DNA of 64,000 nucleotides from an uncultured delta proteobacterium (GTDB lineage Bacteria; Myxococcota_A; Polyangia; Polyangiales; Houyiibacteriaceae). The notes beneath the pieces were generated by a model. That model saw only the letters and a list, made by a program, of their open reading frames with translations, was not told the origin of the DNA and did no database searches. This document shows positions 16,595 to 26,549 of the stretch, piece after piece. The translations under genes and the position numbers were made by a program. The stretch is taken from positions 192,001 through 256,000 of the forward strand of contig CAVOVB010000002.1 in assembly GCA_963699755.1 (NCBI GenBank), given 5' to 3'. How positions within the stretch are numbered: the stretch's first letter is position 1; each line of letters starts with the position of its first letter.

Positions 16595-17932
16595 GTGAAC
16601 GCGCTCCAAGCTTTGAAGGACGCGACGGAGCCGACGCCGGTCGTGGCGATCATCGGAGGAGCTGTCGCAGGGTCGGAGGCCGCAGCCGCCTGCGCCGCGC
16701 GAGGGGCCATCCCCGTCGTGTTCGAGCAGGGCGCGCGACCCTACGGAAAGATCGAAGATGGCCTGCCGCGGTGGCATGAGAAACTGCGCGAGAAGGAGTA
16801 CTCGAAGATCAATGCGAATCTCGGCAACGATTCCGTGATCTTCGTCCCGAAAACGGAGATCGGAGTCGATCTTCGCTGGGACGAGCTTCACGGCGAGCTC
16901 GGGTTCAGCGCAGTCGTGCTCGCGAATGGCGCCTGGCGAGACCGCGCATTGCCGGTCGAAGGCGCCGATTCCTACGAAGGTCGCGGGCTGGTGTACCAAA
17001 ACGAATTCGTATACTGGTTCAATCACTACGACGATGAGGACTATGAAGGGCCGGTCTTCGAGATTCCCGATGACACAATCGTCATCGGCGGCGGTCTCGC
17101 ATCGATCGACGTCGTGAAGATCGTGAATCTAGAGCTCTATGCTCGTGCCCTGCGAGCTCGCGGCATCGACATCGACATTGTCGAGATGGAAATCAAGGGC
17201 ATCGCGCGAACACTCGAGACCCACGGTCTGACCGCAGAGGAGCTCGGCGTGAACGGGTGCGCGCTCTACTATCGCCGCCGAAAAGAAGACATGCCACTGG
17301 CAAGTGCGGACGACCCGACTCCGGAGCAACTTGCCAAGCTCGAGAGGGCGCGTGCCAAGATCATGGACCGGGTCATCCGTAAGTACCTCGTTAAGTTCGA
17401 AGAGCTATCCAGGCCGGTAGACACGATCGTCGAAGGCGACCGATTGGCGGGGATTCGATTTCAGAGGACCGAGGTCGTCGACGGCAGGGTGCATGGCTTG
17501 GAGGGCACCGAGTTCGATGTGCATGCCTCGATGGTGATCAGCTCGATCGGTAGTATCCCAAAGCCCATCGCGGGCATCCCAACGAAGGGCGAGCTCTACC
17601 ACTACGATAGCTGGGACACGGGCGAGGTCCACGGCCTCCCGGGCGTGTTCGGGCTTGGCAACGTCCTGACGGGCAAAGGCAACATCAGAGACAGCCGAGC
17701 CAACGCCATCGAAATCATCGAGAAGGTCGTGGCCGCGTACCTCGGTGTTGGTGGCGAGCCTGAGGAATCGCCTGGCGCCGCCTCGGCGAAGGCCAAGACG
17801 GTTGCCGAACGGGCGGCAACTGGTGATGCAATGTCCGTCGATGCGATGAAGGCGCTCGCCAGGCGAATCGAACGCCGGCATGCGGAGGTCGGTTACCAAG
17901 ACTTCAGCAGCTGGATCACGGCCCACGCCTGA
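16595..17932 (+). CDS. FAD/NAD(P)-dependent oxidoreductase (ferredoxin reductase/GltD-like)
   Basis: VAIIGGAVAG, ANGAWRDR, IVIGGGLASID, YYRR. Start at GTG 16595 is inferred. Confidence 0.75.
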   Translation: MNALQALKDATEPTPVVAIIGGAVAGSEAAAACAARGAIPVVFEQGARPYGKIEDGLPRWHEKLREKEYSKINANLGNDSVIFVPKTEIGVDLRWDELHGELGFSAVVLANGAWRDRALPVEGADSYEGRGLVYQNEFVYWFNHYDDEDYEGPVFEIPDDTIVIGGGLASIDVVKIVNLELYARALRARGIDIDIVEMEIKGIARTLETHGLTAEELGVNGCALYYRRRKEDMPLASADDPTPEQLAKLERARAKIMDRVIRKYLVKFEELSRPVDTIVEGDRLAGIRFQRTEVVDGRVHGLEGTEFDVHASMVISSIGSIPKPIAGIPTKGELYHYDSWDTGEVHGLPGVFGLGNVLTGKGNIRDSRANAIEIIEKVVAAYLGVGGEPEESPGAASAKAKTVAERAATGDAMSVDAMKALARRIERRHAEVGYQDFSSWITAHA

Positions 17933-18051
17933 CACCAACACCGACGCGGTGCTGGCGCTGCCGCTGGAACTGAAACCGGCACCCACTCCAGTCGCCAAGC
18001 AGTCGTTCTACAGGGTGGCACTACCGTGGACCCTGACGTAAGGTCCGCCCC

Positions 18052-18696
18052 GTGCAAGCACGCCTCATGCCGCTGTGGATCGCGCTGGCTCTGTGTTTCT
18101 TGGCTTCCTCGGCTTCGGCTCAGGAGCGCCGCGTTGCGCTTCGATTTCAAGGAGGGGCCGAGGTCGGCGTCCCGATCTTTTTCAACGTCGACCGTGAGAT
18201 CGTGAAGCCGGGTGCGAGCTTCTCCGGCTGGGCCGGCTTCGATATCGGCTGGGTGGTCTTCGAGTTCGCCCTCGGCCTACAGTGGACCCCGATCGACACC
18301 AACAAGATCCCCGGCGCCCTCGTCCCGACGGGACTCGAGCCGCTGGTGCGTTTGTCCTTCTCGCCCGGCATCCGGTTCCAAGTTCCATTGTTCGACGCGG
18401 TCCTTCCGTACGTCACAGGCGCGTTCGACGCGAACATCTGGAGTTTCGCAGCCCTCGGGCGAACCTGTGCTTGGTACTACTGCCGAAGTGAGAGCCGCGG
18501 ACAATTCGCGCCTGGATTCAGCGGCAAAGCAGGCCTCGGCATTCACCTCAAGGGGTCGCTGTACCTCGATGTTGGATTCCAATATTCGTTCAGCGGTACG
18601 GGCAACTTCTTCGATCGTCGGCAATGGTGGGCGGAACCGTTCGTCGGCTTCATCTACCGAGGCGACTCAGACCGCTTCGGCGGCACGGGGTATTGA
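18052..18696 (+). CDS. Exported outer-membrane beta-barrel-like protein
   Basis: Signal peptide ending ASA|Q, then alternating aromatic/Gly beta-strands (PYVTG, GLGIHL, YLDVGFQY). Confidence 0.6.
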   Translation: MQARLMPLWIALALCFLASSASAQERRVALRFQGGAEVGVPIFFNVDREIVKPGASFSGWAGFDIGWVVFEFALGLQWTPIDTNKIPGALVPTGLEPLVRLSFSPGIRFQVPLFDAVLPYVTGAFDANIWSFAALGRTCAWYYCRSESRGQFAPGFSGKAGLGIHLKGSLYLDVGFQYSFSGTGNFFDRRQWWAEPFVGFIYRGDSDRFGGTGY

Positions 18697-20274
18697 TTAC
18701 CACCAACAGATCACGACTACGAGGGTAATCACCGCGAGCGCCACCGCCTGCACGCGATAGTCCCGGTACCACGCCTCGCCGGGTTCGGGGGCTGCATCTG
18801 CTAGATGCCAAACTCGAGCGTCGACTTTGACGGCCGGAGGCGCGGGCGTCACCAAGCTAGCCGCTGAGACCAGAGCCAAGCCCAGCACGAACATCAACAC
18901 TGCGGCGTACAAATACTGAAGCTCGAATAGGGACAAAAGCTCGACCGCGACCCAGGCCAGGAGCCCCAAGGGTACGCCCACGACCAAGCCCGCCAGCGCA
19001 CCCGCGTTGTTGGCGCGACGCCAGAACAGGCCGAGCAAAAAGACCGCGACGACGGGCGGCGTGAGATAGGACAGAATCGACTGCAGGTACTGCCACAGCG
19101 TAGGGAAGCGCGAGATCTGCGGCGTCCAGACGACAGCAAAGACCATGAAGACCAAGATGGCGCCGCGGCCCCAGCGCGCGAGTTGCTGGCTGTCCATGTC
19201 GGGGCGAGCCGTCTGAACGAAGTCCATGGTAAACAAGGTCGAAGCCGAGTGAAGAATGGCTTCGAGGCTCGACAGCATCGCTGCAGCGAGGACCGCGAGC
19301 ATGAAGCCCCTCAGGCCAAAGGGCAGAAGGTCAAAAGCCAGCATCGGGAATACCAAGTCGGGGTTCTCGAGGTCGGGGTACAGCACGGTCGCGAAGACGC
19401 CGGGCAAGATTAAGACGAAGAGGTTGGGCAGCTTGAGCAGCCCCGCAAACAGGGCGCCCCAGCGCCCGTCGTTCAAGGTTTGAGCGCCGAGAGCGCGTTG
19501 GATGATGAACTGGTTGGTGCACCAGAAATACATGCCGACGATGAACACGCCTAGGATTCCGGGCCAAGGCATGACGGGGTCGCTGGCCGGCTGCATGAGG
19601 CTCAACGCACCGGGCTTCGAGGCCTCGACGACCGCATCCCAGGATGGAACCGCTTGCCAGGCGAGCGCGGAAATCGCGATGCCGCCGCCGAGGATCAGGA
19701 GCGCCTGCAGCGCATCGTTGGCGACGACCGCGCCGAGTCCGCCAAACGCGATGTAGACGCCAGCCGCCAGCGCAGCCACCGTGATCGTGATCCATATCGA
19801 CACCCCGGGGAGAAGCGTCTTGAGAACCATCGCGCCCGCATACAGTGATCCGGGCGCGTCGACTAACATGCTCGTGACGAGAAGCATCGCTGAGAACGCG
19901 AGTCTGGAGCCACGTCCGAAGCGTTGCTCGAGATATTGCGGAGCCGTGTAGATGCGCGCACGTAGGAACACCGGAAGGAAGAACATCGCGAACAGGATTA
20001 AGACGAGAGCCGGCATCCACTCGTAGTGAAAGACGCTGATGCCAGTGTGGTAACCAGCGCCAGGCAAACCAACGAAGCTGCTGCCTCCCATGTTGGCCAC
20101 GTAGAAAGAGAGCCCGATGATGGGCCAGCGCATGCGATGGCCTGCGAGAAAGAACCCTTCGGCGCCCTCCCCGCGCGTCTGCCTCGCGAAGAACCAACCG
20201 AAGGCTACGCGTGTGAACACGAGATAGCCGATGAGGATCGTCAAGTCCCACGCGCTTACCTCGAGCTCCGGCAT
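18697..20274 (-). CDS. Sodium:solute symporter (SSS/SGLT family)
   Basis: FFLAG, YTAPQYLEQRF, YFWCTNQFIIQRALGA, AAMLSS. Confidence 0.93.
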   Translation of the reverse strand: MPELEVSAWDLTILIGYLVFTRVAFGWFFARQTRGEGAEGFFLAGHRMRWPIIGLSFYVANMGGSSFVGLPGAGYHTGISVFHYEWMPALVLILFAMFFLPVFLRARIYTAPQYLEQRFGRGSRLAFSAMLLVTSMLVDAPGSLYAGAMVLKTLLPGVSIWITITVAALAAGVYIAFGGLGAVVANDALQALLILGGGIAISALAWQAVPSWDAVVEASKPGALSLMQPASDPVMPWPGILGVFIVGMYFWCTNQFIIQRALGAQTLNDGRWGALFAGLLKLPNLFVLILPGVFATVLYPDLENPDLVFPMLAFDLLPFGLRGFMLAVLAAAMLSSLEAILHSASTLFTMDFVQTARPDMDSQQLARWGRGAILVFMVFAVVWTPQISRFPTLWQYLQSILSYLTPPVVAVFLLGLFWRRANNAGALAGLVVGVPLGLLAWVAVELLSLFELQYLYAAVLMFVLGLALVSAASLVTPAPPAVKVDARVWHLADAAPEPGEAWYRDYRVQAVALAVITLVVVICWW

Positions 20275-20290
20275 CGTGCTGGGTCTTCTG

Positions 20291-20680
20291 TCAGCCGGCC
20301 ACCGGCAGGAGAGCCCATAGGATGGCTGCACCGAATGCGACGGCAATGAGCGAGTTGAATCGCATCGCGGTCGGAGAGAGACCGGTCCACCAGTCGATCA
20401 AGCGCTTGAAGCGCTCGACGCCCATGAACGGAAGAACGACGGCAGCGAGCAAGGCAACGACGGCCAGCACCTGAAGCAGGAGCGGTGCGCGCGAAGCCGG
20501 GGCGGCAAACCAAAGCGCAAGTCCAAACGCGAGCCGAATGGCCGCCGAGACCCAGAGGCCGCCTTTCGAAGCGAAACGAGTCACGAAGTCGGCGAGGCGT
20601 GAAGGCACAAGAACGCCCCAGACGCCCATTAGAAGGGTGAAGACCCCCAGCAAGCCCGAGATCTCGACAGCGAACGGCAT
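20291..20680 (-). CDS. Small membrane protein, 4 TM
   Basis: Four hydrophobic segments; co-oriented with its neighbours. Confidence 0.65.
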   Translation of the reverse strand: MPFAVEISGLLGVFTLLMGVWGVLVPSRLADFVTRFASKGGLWVSAAIRLAFGLALWFAAPASRAPLLLQVLAVVALLAAVVLPFMGVERFKRLIDWWTGLSPTAMRFNSLIAVAFGAAILWALLPVAG

Positions 20681-20681
20681 G

Positions 20682-21104
20682 CTAGACGCGCTCCTCTTCC
20701 ACTCCCGGGAACATATCAGAAGCGGGTTCGTACATGGGAAGCGACTGCTCGATCAGATCTGCGGCGCGCGCAACCGCGTGCATCGACACCTCGATATCGG
20801 TGAGATGCAGGTGGTCCGCCATGACCGTGTGACGAACGACGTAGACGTCACCATCCAAACACAAAGAGCCAACGGCCAAGTTGAAGCTTTGCTGAAGCGC
20901 GGATTCCGGGTCGATGCGATCGATGGGACAACAGGCCGATGAAAAGTCCACCCAGGAACGGCCCATCGCGTGATAGTGAGATACGATCACGGCTTGCAGA
21001 CGGTTGCCAGCATATGCGAACACGACCTTGAAGCCGTGGTCGTGCTCTTCAGCCAGCTTGTAGCTGGACCTCGCGTGATCCTTGATGTCAGTCCACGTCG
21101 GCAC
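20682..21104 (-). CDS. Hypothetical protein (possible YbjN/CesT-like fold)
   Basis: GTG start inferred. Alpha/beta pattern ending in ARAADLIEQ. Confidence 0.55.
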   Translation of the reverse strand: MPTWTDIKDHARSSYKLAEEHDHGFKVVFAYAGNRLQAVIVSHYHAMGRSWVDFSSACCPIDRIDPESALQQSFNLAVGSLCLDGDVYVVRHTVMADHLHLTDIEVSMHAVARAADLIEQSLPMYEPASDMFPGVEEERV

Positions 21105-21180
21105 GGGTCGGTCCTTGTACCACAGGGATCGGAAAAAAAAACGTCTCGAATCTGGGTTTGGAGCGCGTACACTTCCCGAC

Positions 21181-22968
21181 ATGTTCTCGCGGCTCGCTTC
21201 ACCATCATGGCGATCTTCGGTGCTCGCGGAAATTCGCTTGGGACCCAAAGCATTGAAGGGGACGGTTCCTTGGTTGCTCCGCACGCAGCTGAGCCAGATC
21301 GACAGCCTTCTTCATGTAGCCCTGAAGAATGCCCAGGACGCGCCCCATGACCTCGCCTACGAGATGGCGAACGAGCATCTGACCTGGTCCGAGCTTGCGA
21401 ATGCGAGCTCCCGGGTCGCTCATGTGCTGGCAGCTGCGGGCGTGAGGCCAGGGGAAGCGGTCGCGCTTCTCGCAGAAAACTCCCCTTTCTACATCGCCTC
21501 GGTTCTCGGCATTTCGCGGATCGGTGCCACCGCCGCCTTGGTGAACACCAACCTGGGCGGGCGCCCGCTCTCGCACGCGATCGAGGTGTCCAGAGCGAGG
21601 GTGGTTCTCGTGAGCCACACGCTCGAATCGGGGCTTCGCCAGTGCGAAGAGCTATGCCGGTCGCTCGATCGCGTTCTCGTGTTCGATGACAATCCCTACG
21701 CTGGCCTTCTTGCCAATACACCGGCCACGGCTTACCCACCCGCCCCGGTCAAGGCCGAAGACGATTTCGTCTACATCTACACCTCGGGAACGACCGGGCT
21801 TCCCAAGCCTTGCCGCGTGTCCCACGCACGCGCGATTCTGGCTGGCGCAGGGTTCGGGCCGCTCATGTACGACTTTGGTCCCGGCGACAAGCTCTATTGC
21901 GTGCTTCCACTGTATCATGCGAACGGGCTCCTCCTCGGCGCTGCGGCGGCGATGATCGCGCGCGTTCCAATGGCCATGCGCCGCTCCTTCAGTGCGAGCG
22001 CGTTCTGGGACGACGTTCATCGATATAAGGCGACGGCGATTCTCTACATCGGTGAGCTCTGCCGGTACCTGGTCAACTCGCCTCCTCATCCGAGGGAGCT
22101 GCCCAACCCGGTTCGGGTCGCCGTCGGCAACGGGCTTCGCCCGGACATCTGGCCGAGGTTCAAGGCGCGATTCGGCATCGAGAATATCCGTGAGTTCTAC
22201 GGTGCGACCGAAGCACCAGGCTTCATCGCCAACATCAGCGGCCGCGAAGGGTCGGTCGGCCGCGTCCCTCTAGGCGGGCTCGCGGGCTGGTTGCGGCTCG
22301 TCCAGTACGACATCGACCTCGATCAACATCTACGCGACAAGAAGGGCTTCTGCATTCCTTGCCGCGATGGCGAGGCCGGCGAGCTTCTCATTCGTGTTTC
22401 GAAGTTCGCGAAAGGCGGGCTCGAGTACCGTGGCTACACCGACGAAGCAGCAACCCAAAAGAAGCTCCTGAGCAACGTCTTCAAGAAGGGAGACCGGTAC
22501 TTTCGCTCGGGCGATCTTCTTCGTCGCGATGCAGACGGCTTCTACTACTTCGTGGATCGCATCGGTGACACGTTTCGGTGGAAGGGTGAGAATGTGTCTA
22601 CCGCCGAGGTTGCAGACGTCATCACGCACAACGACGGCATCGACGAAGCAACCGTCATTGGCGTGCCGGTTCCGAACATGGAGGGTCAAGCGGGGCTCGC
22701 CGCGGTGGTTCCATCAGGAGAGTTCGATCCAGACCGGTTTTGGCGCGCGGTGTCCGATCTGCCCCCGTATGCGCAACCGCGATTCGTCCGCGTCATGGGT
22801 GGCCTCGCGAAGACGGGGACATTCAAGATTCAGAAGAACGATTTGAGAAAAGAAGGCGTCAACCCGGCAACGGTCGAGGATCCCGTCTACGTTCGCACCA
22901 ACACAGGTTACGAGCTGCTCACCGAGGAGCGTTGGGGTGACATCAAAGAGGGGCGCTTGAAGCTCTGA
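21181..22968 (+). CDS. Long/very-long-chain acyl-CoA synthetase (FATP/FadD6-like)
   Basis: YIYTSGTTGLPK, YIGELCRY, EFYGATE, DRIGDTFRWKGENVST, TGTFK. Confidence 0.95.
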   Translation: MFSRLASPSWRSSVLAEIRLGPKALKGTVPWLLRTQLSQIDSLLHVALKNAQDAPHDLAYEMANEHLTWSELANASSRVAHVLAAAGVRPGEAVALLAENSPFYIASVLGISRIGATAALVNTNLGGRPLSHAIEVSRARVVLVSHTLESGLRQCEELCRSLDRVLVFDDNPYAGLLANTPATAYPPAPVKAEDDFVYIYTSGTTGLPKPCRVSHARAILAGAGFGPLMYDFGPGDKLYCVLPLYHANGLLLGAAAAMIARVPMAMRRSFSASAFWDDVHRYKATAILYIGELCRYLVNSPPHPRELPNPVRVAVGNGLRPDIWPRFKARFGIENIREFYGATEAPGFIANISGREGSVGRVPLGGLAGWLRLVQYDIDLDQHLRDKKGFCIPCRDGEAGELLIRVSKFAKGGLEYRGYTDEAATQKKLLSNVFKKGDRYFRSGDLLRRDADGFYYFVDRIGDTFRWKGENVSTAEVADVITHNDGIDEATVIGVPVPNMEGQAGLAAVVPSGEFDPDRFWRAVSDLPPYAQPRFVRVMGGLAKTGTFKIQKNDLRKEGVNPATVEDPVYVRTNTGYELLTEERWGDIKEGRLKL

Positions 22969-23408
22969 TGCCTAAGATGACACCCGAGGAGATCGAGCGC
23001 TTCATGGAGAAGGCATTCCCTCAGGCTCGACTGCCTGTGGAGATCGAGGAGCTGCGCGATGGCTTCCTGCGAATTCGGGCAGGAGTGACGGACCGATCTC
23101 TGCGCCCGGGCGGCACCGTTTCGGGGCCCACCTTGATGACGATCGCAGACACGGCGATGTACAATCTATTGCTCGGGATGATCGGTCCGGTCAGCCTCGC
23201 GCTGACAACCAGTCTGAACATCAACTTCCTTCGCGCACCGAAGCACGCAGACCTAATCGCCGAAGCCGAGATGCTCAAGCTCGGCAAGCGGCTCGCAATC
23301 GGCCAAGTCACGATCTACTCGGACGGTAGCGATGACCCAGTCGCCCATGCCACCGTGACCTATTCGATCCCGCCCGATGCTAGTCGCTCTTCAAAGCCAT
23401 TTGAATGA
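22968..23408 (+). CDS. PaaI-family thioesterase
   Basis: LRPGGTVSGPTLMTIAD, TTSLNINFLR, HATVTY. Confidence 0.9.
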   Translation: MPKMTPEEIERFMEKAFPQARLPVEIEELRDGFLRIRAGVTDRSLRPGGTVSGPTLMTIADTAMYNLLLGMIGPVSLALTTSLNINFLRAPKHADLIAEAEMLKLGKRLAIGQVTIYSDGSDDPVAHATVTYSIPPDASRSSKPFE

Positions 23409-23964
23409 CGGCAAGATCCTCCGGCGCGAAATCGAGTTTCAGCGCCGCTTCGTGCGCCTTGTCCGTCATTTTGTTCCAGGTTTTTCGAACGATGGGAACT
23501 AGCTTCTCGTCTTCGTGCTTCTTCGCGAATTCGTGGAAGTAGTGCTCGAGGAAAACAAGACAGATGATGTCTTCCATGAGCTGAACGTCGGGGTCGGTCT
23601 TGAGGCCGCGCTTCCGGAGGAGCGTCTTCACCCGTTCGATTGCCTCGGCATCATAGCCGACGTCTTCCATGATGGCGCCCGCGATATCGCCATGCCGCTT
23701 GTAGAGGTCGGTCCGCCATTTGAGATACCCTCCCCTGCCCTTCGGATAGCTATCCCGCGGTACCTCCCAGCGGCGAATGTGCTGGGCGCGGGCGGCGAGC
23801 TGTACGCTTTCGGGCGCGTCCGGTGCAAAGGCATTGAGCCGTGCAGACATGCGCCGCCCATAGACGAGCTCCTTCGGGGCCTCCTGACCGTCGACGATCT
23901 CGCGATTGGGATCTTCCGCATTGGCCTCGTCGAATAGGCGCATCGCCGCTTCCAGGCGCGACAT
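23380..23964 (-). CDS. DUF4202-family protein
   Basis: DEANAEDPN, AARAQHIRRW, GYLKWR, EDIICLVFL. Confidence 0.8.
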   Translation of the reverse strand: MSRLEAAMRLFDEANAEDPNREIVDGQEAPKELVYGRRMSARLNAFAPDAPESVQLAARAQHIRRWEVPRDSYPKGRGGYLKWRTDLYKRHGDIAGAIMEDVGYDAEAIERVKTLLRKRGLKTDPDVQLMEDIICLVFLEHYFHEFAKKHEDEKLVPIVRKTWNKMTDKAHEAALKLDFAPEDLAVIQMALKSD

Positions 23965-24034
23965 GCCGCGAGTCTACCACGGTGGCGCTCGCGCTGCGTG
24001 ACACTGCGGGCGATTGCCCTATAAACTAGTGCCA

Positions 24035-25156
24035 ATGTCCCCCTTCCGCCGTCGAGTCCACGGTCTGCGTCGCGAGCGCATTCATGCCTCTCCCCGCTTC
24101 CGCGACGGAGTGTTCCGCAACACCTCAGGCGTCGGCCCCGACCTCACGAAGGGCTCGACCTTGCCCGTCATGCGGGAATTCCTGTTCGGAGGCCGTCGTC
24201 GGGTTCCGGTAGCGCCACTCCCGTCGGTGAGCCCGCTCGAGGTCTGGGCCAAGCCCGTCGAAACCGGACTGCGAGCAACCTGGCTCGGCCATTCTACCCT
24301 TCTGCTCGAAATCGACGGCGTGCGCGTGCTCACCGATCCGGTCTGGAGTCGGCGTGTGTCTCCAAGCCCTCTTTTCGGCCCCAAGCGCTTTCAGCCCGTC
24401 CCGGTCCCGATCTCCCAGCTTCCCGCGCTCGATGCGGTGATCATATCGCACGACCACTACGATCATCTCGACTACCCGAGCATCGTCGAGCTGATTCGCC
24501 ACGAGGTTCCTTTCTACACATCTCTCGGCGTCGGCGCACACCTCGAGGCCTGGGGCGTGCCGGCCGACCGCATCACCGAGCTCGATTGGTGGGAGGGCGC
24601 CGAGCTTCCGAACAACGACTTTCGGATCACTGCTGCGCCCTCCCAACACTTCTCGGGCCGCGCTGCAGGCGATCGCAACCGAACGCTCTGGTCTTCCTTC
24701 GCGCTGCACGGTCCGCAACATCGCGCTTTCTTCAGCGGCGACAGCGGCCTCACTCCGGAATACCGAGAAATCGCGCGGCGCTTGGGCCCCTTCGACCTGG
24801 TGATGCTCGAGGTTGGCGCTTTCCATCCGGCCTGGGGCCACATCCACCTCGGTCCGGACAACGCGCTCGAGGCTTTGAGGCTGCTCGGCGGAGGTAGCTT
24901 CTTGCCGGTGCACTGGGGAACCTTCGACCTGGCGATTCATGACTGGGATCAACCCGCAGAGCGACTGATCGAGATCGCACCGAGCCTAGACACGCACTTG
25001 CTGATGCCGATGCTCGGCGCTCCCATCGAACCGTCGCGGGTGGAAGAAGTCGAAACCTGGTGGCGCACGATCTCCGCGCTCGAACGACATGGGACCCCGG
25101 AAGCTGCAGACCTTGCTCCGGAGCGCCTGGTGCCCATCGGCGACCCAATCGACTAA
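24035..25156 (+). CDS. MBL-fold metallo-hydrolase (RomA/NAPE-PLD-like)
   Basis: WLGHST, SHDHYDHLD, QHFSGR, FSGDSG, PVHWGTF. Confidence 0.92.
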   Translation: MSPFRRRVHGLRRERIHASPRFRDGVFRNTSGVGPDLTKGSTLPVMREFLFGGRRRVPVAPLPSVSPLEVWAKPVETGLRATWLGHSTLLLEIDGVRVLTDPVWSRRVSPSPLFGPKRFQPVPVPISQLPALDAVIISHDHYDHLDYPSIVELIRHEVPFYTSLGVGAHLEAWGVPADRITELDWWEGAELPNNDFRITAAPSQHFSGRAAGDRNRTLWSSFALHGPQHRAFFSGDSGLTPEYREIARRLGPFDLVMLEVGAFHPAWGHIHLGPDNALEALRLLGGGSFLPVHWGTFDLAIHDWDQPAERLIEIAPSLDTHLLMPMLGAPIEPSRVEEVETWWRTISALERHGTPEAADLAPERLVPIGDPID

Positions 25157-25173
25157 GTCGAGGACCCTGCTGC

Positions 25174-25752
25174 TTAGGTTCCAGCTTCGCGGGCAGCGCT
25201 GCGTGCTGCACCACAGACCGATGCCACCGCGGACCCGCCGAACACCATTTGAATGCCAGCAAGTGTGCCGACCGCCCAAATCCCCGAAACTGGGAACTGG
25301 CGCCAAATCATGATGCCGAGCGCAAGCGAGACGACGCCGCTTAACAGCGACCAGCCCCAACCTTTGATCGGGCGAAGCCGAAACGCCCAGATGATCTGAA
25401 AGACACCGTCGACTGCGAAATAGACCGCCAGGACCAACGTCAGCGTCGCGAGTGCCATCCCAGGGCGCAAGACCATGTAGCCACCGATCACGATCGAGAG
25501 CAGCCCCAAGAGGAATACCAGCAGCCCGTGGCCGAACGAGCCCATCTTGAACGCGAGAAAGAGCCGCGAGACGCCCGATACCACGATGAGCACGCCGACG
25601 GCAATCGCGATCGAAAGCCCCGCGACCAGTGGTGAGAGCAGCGCCAAGATGCCGGCGACGACGACGAGGATGCCCACTGCAATCCCGATCCCAGCGTGCC
25701 GCTTGATCGTACCCAGCATTTCTTGATCTACAGCTAGAATCCCGTTCGTCAT
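25174..25752 (-). CDS. HdeD/DUF308 membrane protein
   Basis: Six TM segments, GWGWSLLSG, WAVGTLAGI. Start at ATG 25752. Confidence 0.85.
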   Translation of the reverse strand: MTNGILAVDQEMLGTIKRHAGIGIAVGILVVVAGILALLSPLVAGLSIAIAVGVLIVVSGVSRLFLAFKMGSFGHGLLVFLLGLLSIVIGGYMVLRPGMALATLTLVLAVYFAVDGVFQIIWAFRLRPIKGWGWSLLSGVVSLALGIMIWRQFPVSGIWAVGTLAGIQMVFGGSAVASVCGAARSAAREAGT

Positions 25753-25897
25753 TGGCGCCCTCCGAGCTGGCGATACCAAACCCTGGAACGGGGGCAACGA
25801 GATTCGGAACGCAGCGGGGGTAGCGTGAAATCCATCCTCTGTGCCTGGGATGATGCGGCTAACCTTGGCGCTGAAGCTCAATTCAACTTGCATTGTC

Positions 25898-25935
25898 TCT
25901 ACCATTTGGTAGACATATGACGACCAGTTGGTAGA
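25898..25935. promoter_or_regulatory. Tandem TetR-type operators TCTACCA-TT-TGGTAGA and ACGACCA-GT-TGGTAGA
   Basis: Perfect 7-bp inverted repeat at 25898-25913 and an imperfect copy at 25920-25935, immediately before the TetR ATG. Confidence 0.7.
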
Positions 25936-25938
25936 GAG

Positions 25939-26547
25939 ATGGACGTCCGCGATCAGATTCTCACCCAGGCAGCGCGATTGTTCGCAGAGCAGGGGTACGA
26001 TGGGACTTCGGTGCAGGAGATCGCCGACGCGGTTGGCATCCGGAAGCCGAGCCTCCTCTATCACTTCAGGTCGAAGGACGAGCTTCGCGAGAACGTGCTG
26101 GCCGAGATGTTGGCACACTGGAGCGCCGTCTTGCCCGGCCTTCTGTTGAAGGCGTCCACCGAAGAGCGATTCGACGCGACGATGGAAGCACTGAGCGAGT
26201 TCTTCATCGAGGACCCGGATCGCGCGCGTCTCTTTCTTCGCGAGACCCTCGACCGACCCGAACAGATGCGGGTGATGCTAGCAGCGTACGTCCGGCCCTG
26301 GGTCGAGCTTCTCGGCGGGCAACTAGAGCGCGCCAAGGGGCAAGGCGTGGTGCGACTAGACGTCGACCCCCAAGCGTACGCGGTCGAAGTGATCACCATG
26401 GTGGTAGCCGGCACCGCGGTCATCGACACGGTGCAAACGATTCTACCTGATGATCCGGTTCGAGGAAGTACTCGAATGCGTCACGCGCGGGAATTGATCC
26501 GCGTCGCTCGATCGAGCCTCTACACAGAGAACGAAGGCGAGAACTAG
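25939..26547 (+). CDS. TetR/AcrR-family regulator
   Basis: ILTQAARLFAEQGYDGTSVQEIADAVGIRKPSLLYHFRSKDEL. Confidence 0.95.
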   Translation: MDVRDQILTQAARLFAEQGYDGTSVQEIADAVGIRKPSLLYHFRSKDELRENVLAEMLAHWSAVLPGLLLKASTEERFDATMEALSEFFIEDPDRARLFLRETLDRPEQMRVMLAAYVRPWVELLGGQLERAKGQGVVRLDVDPQAYAVEVITMVVAGTAVIDTVQTILPDDPVRGSTRMRHARELIRVARSSLYTENEGEN

Positions 26548-26549
26548 AT

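Noticed and set aside
21133..21141. A9 homopolymer as a phase-variation tract
   Set aside because: Intergenic once starts are corrected. More likely an AT-rich promoter/UP element.
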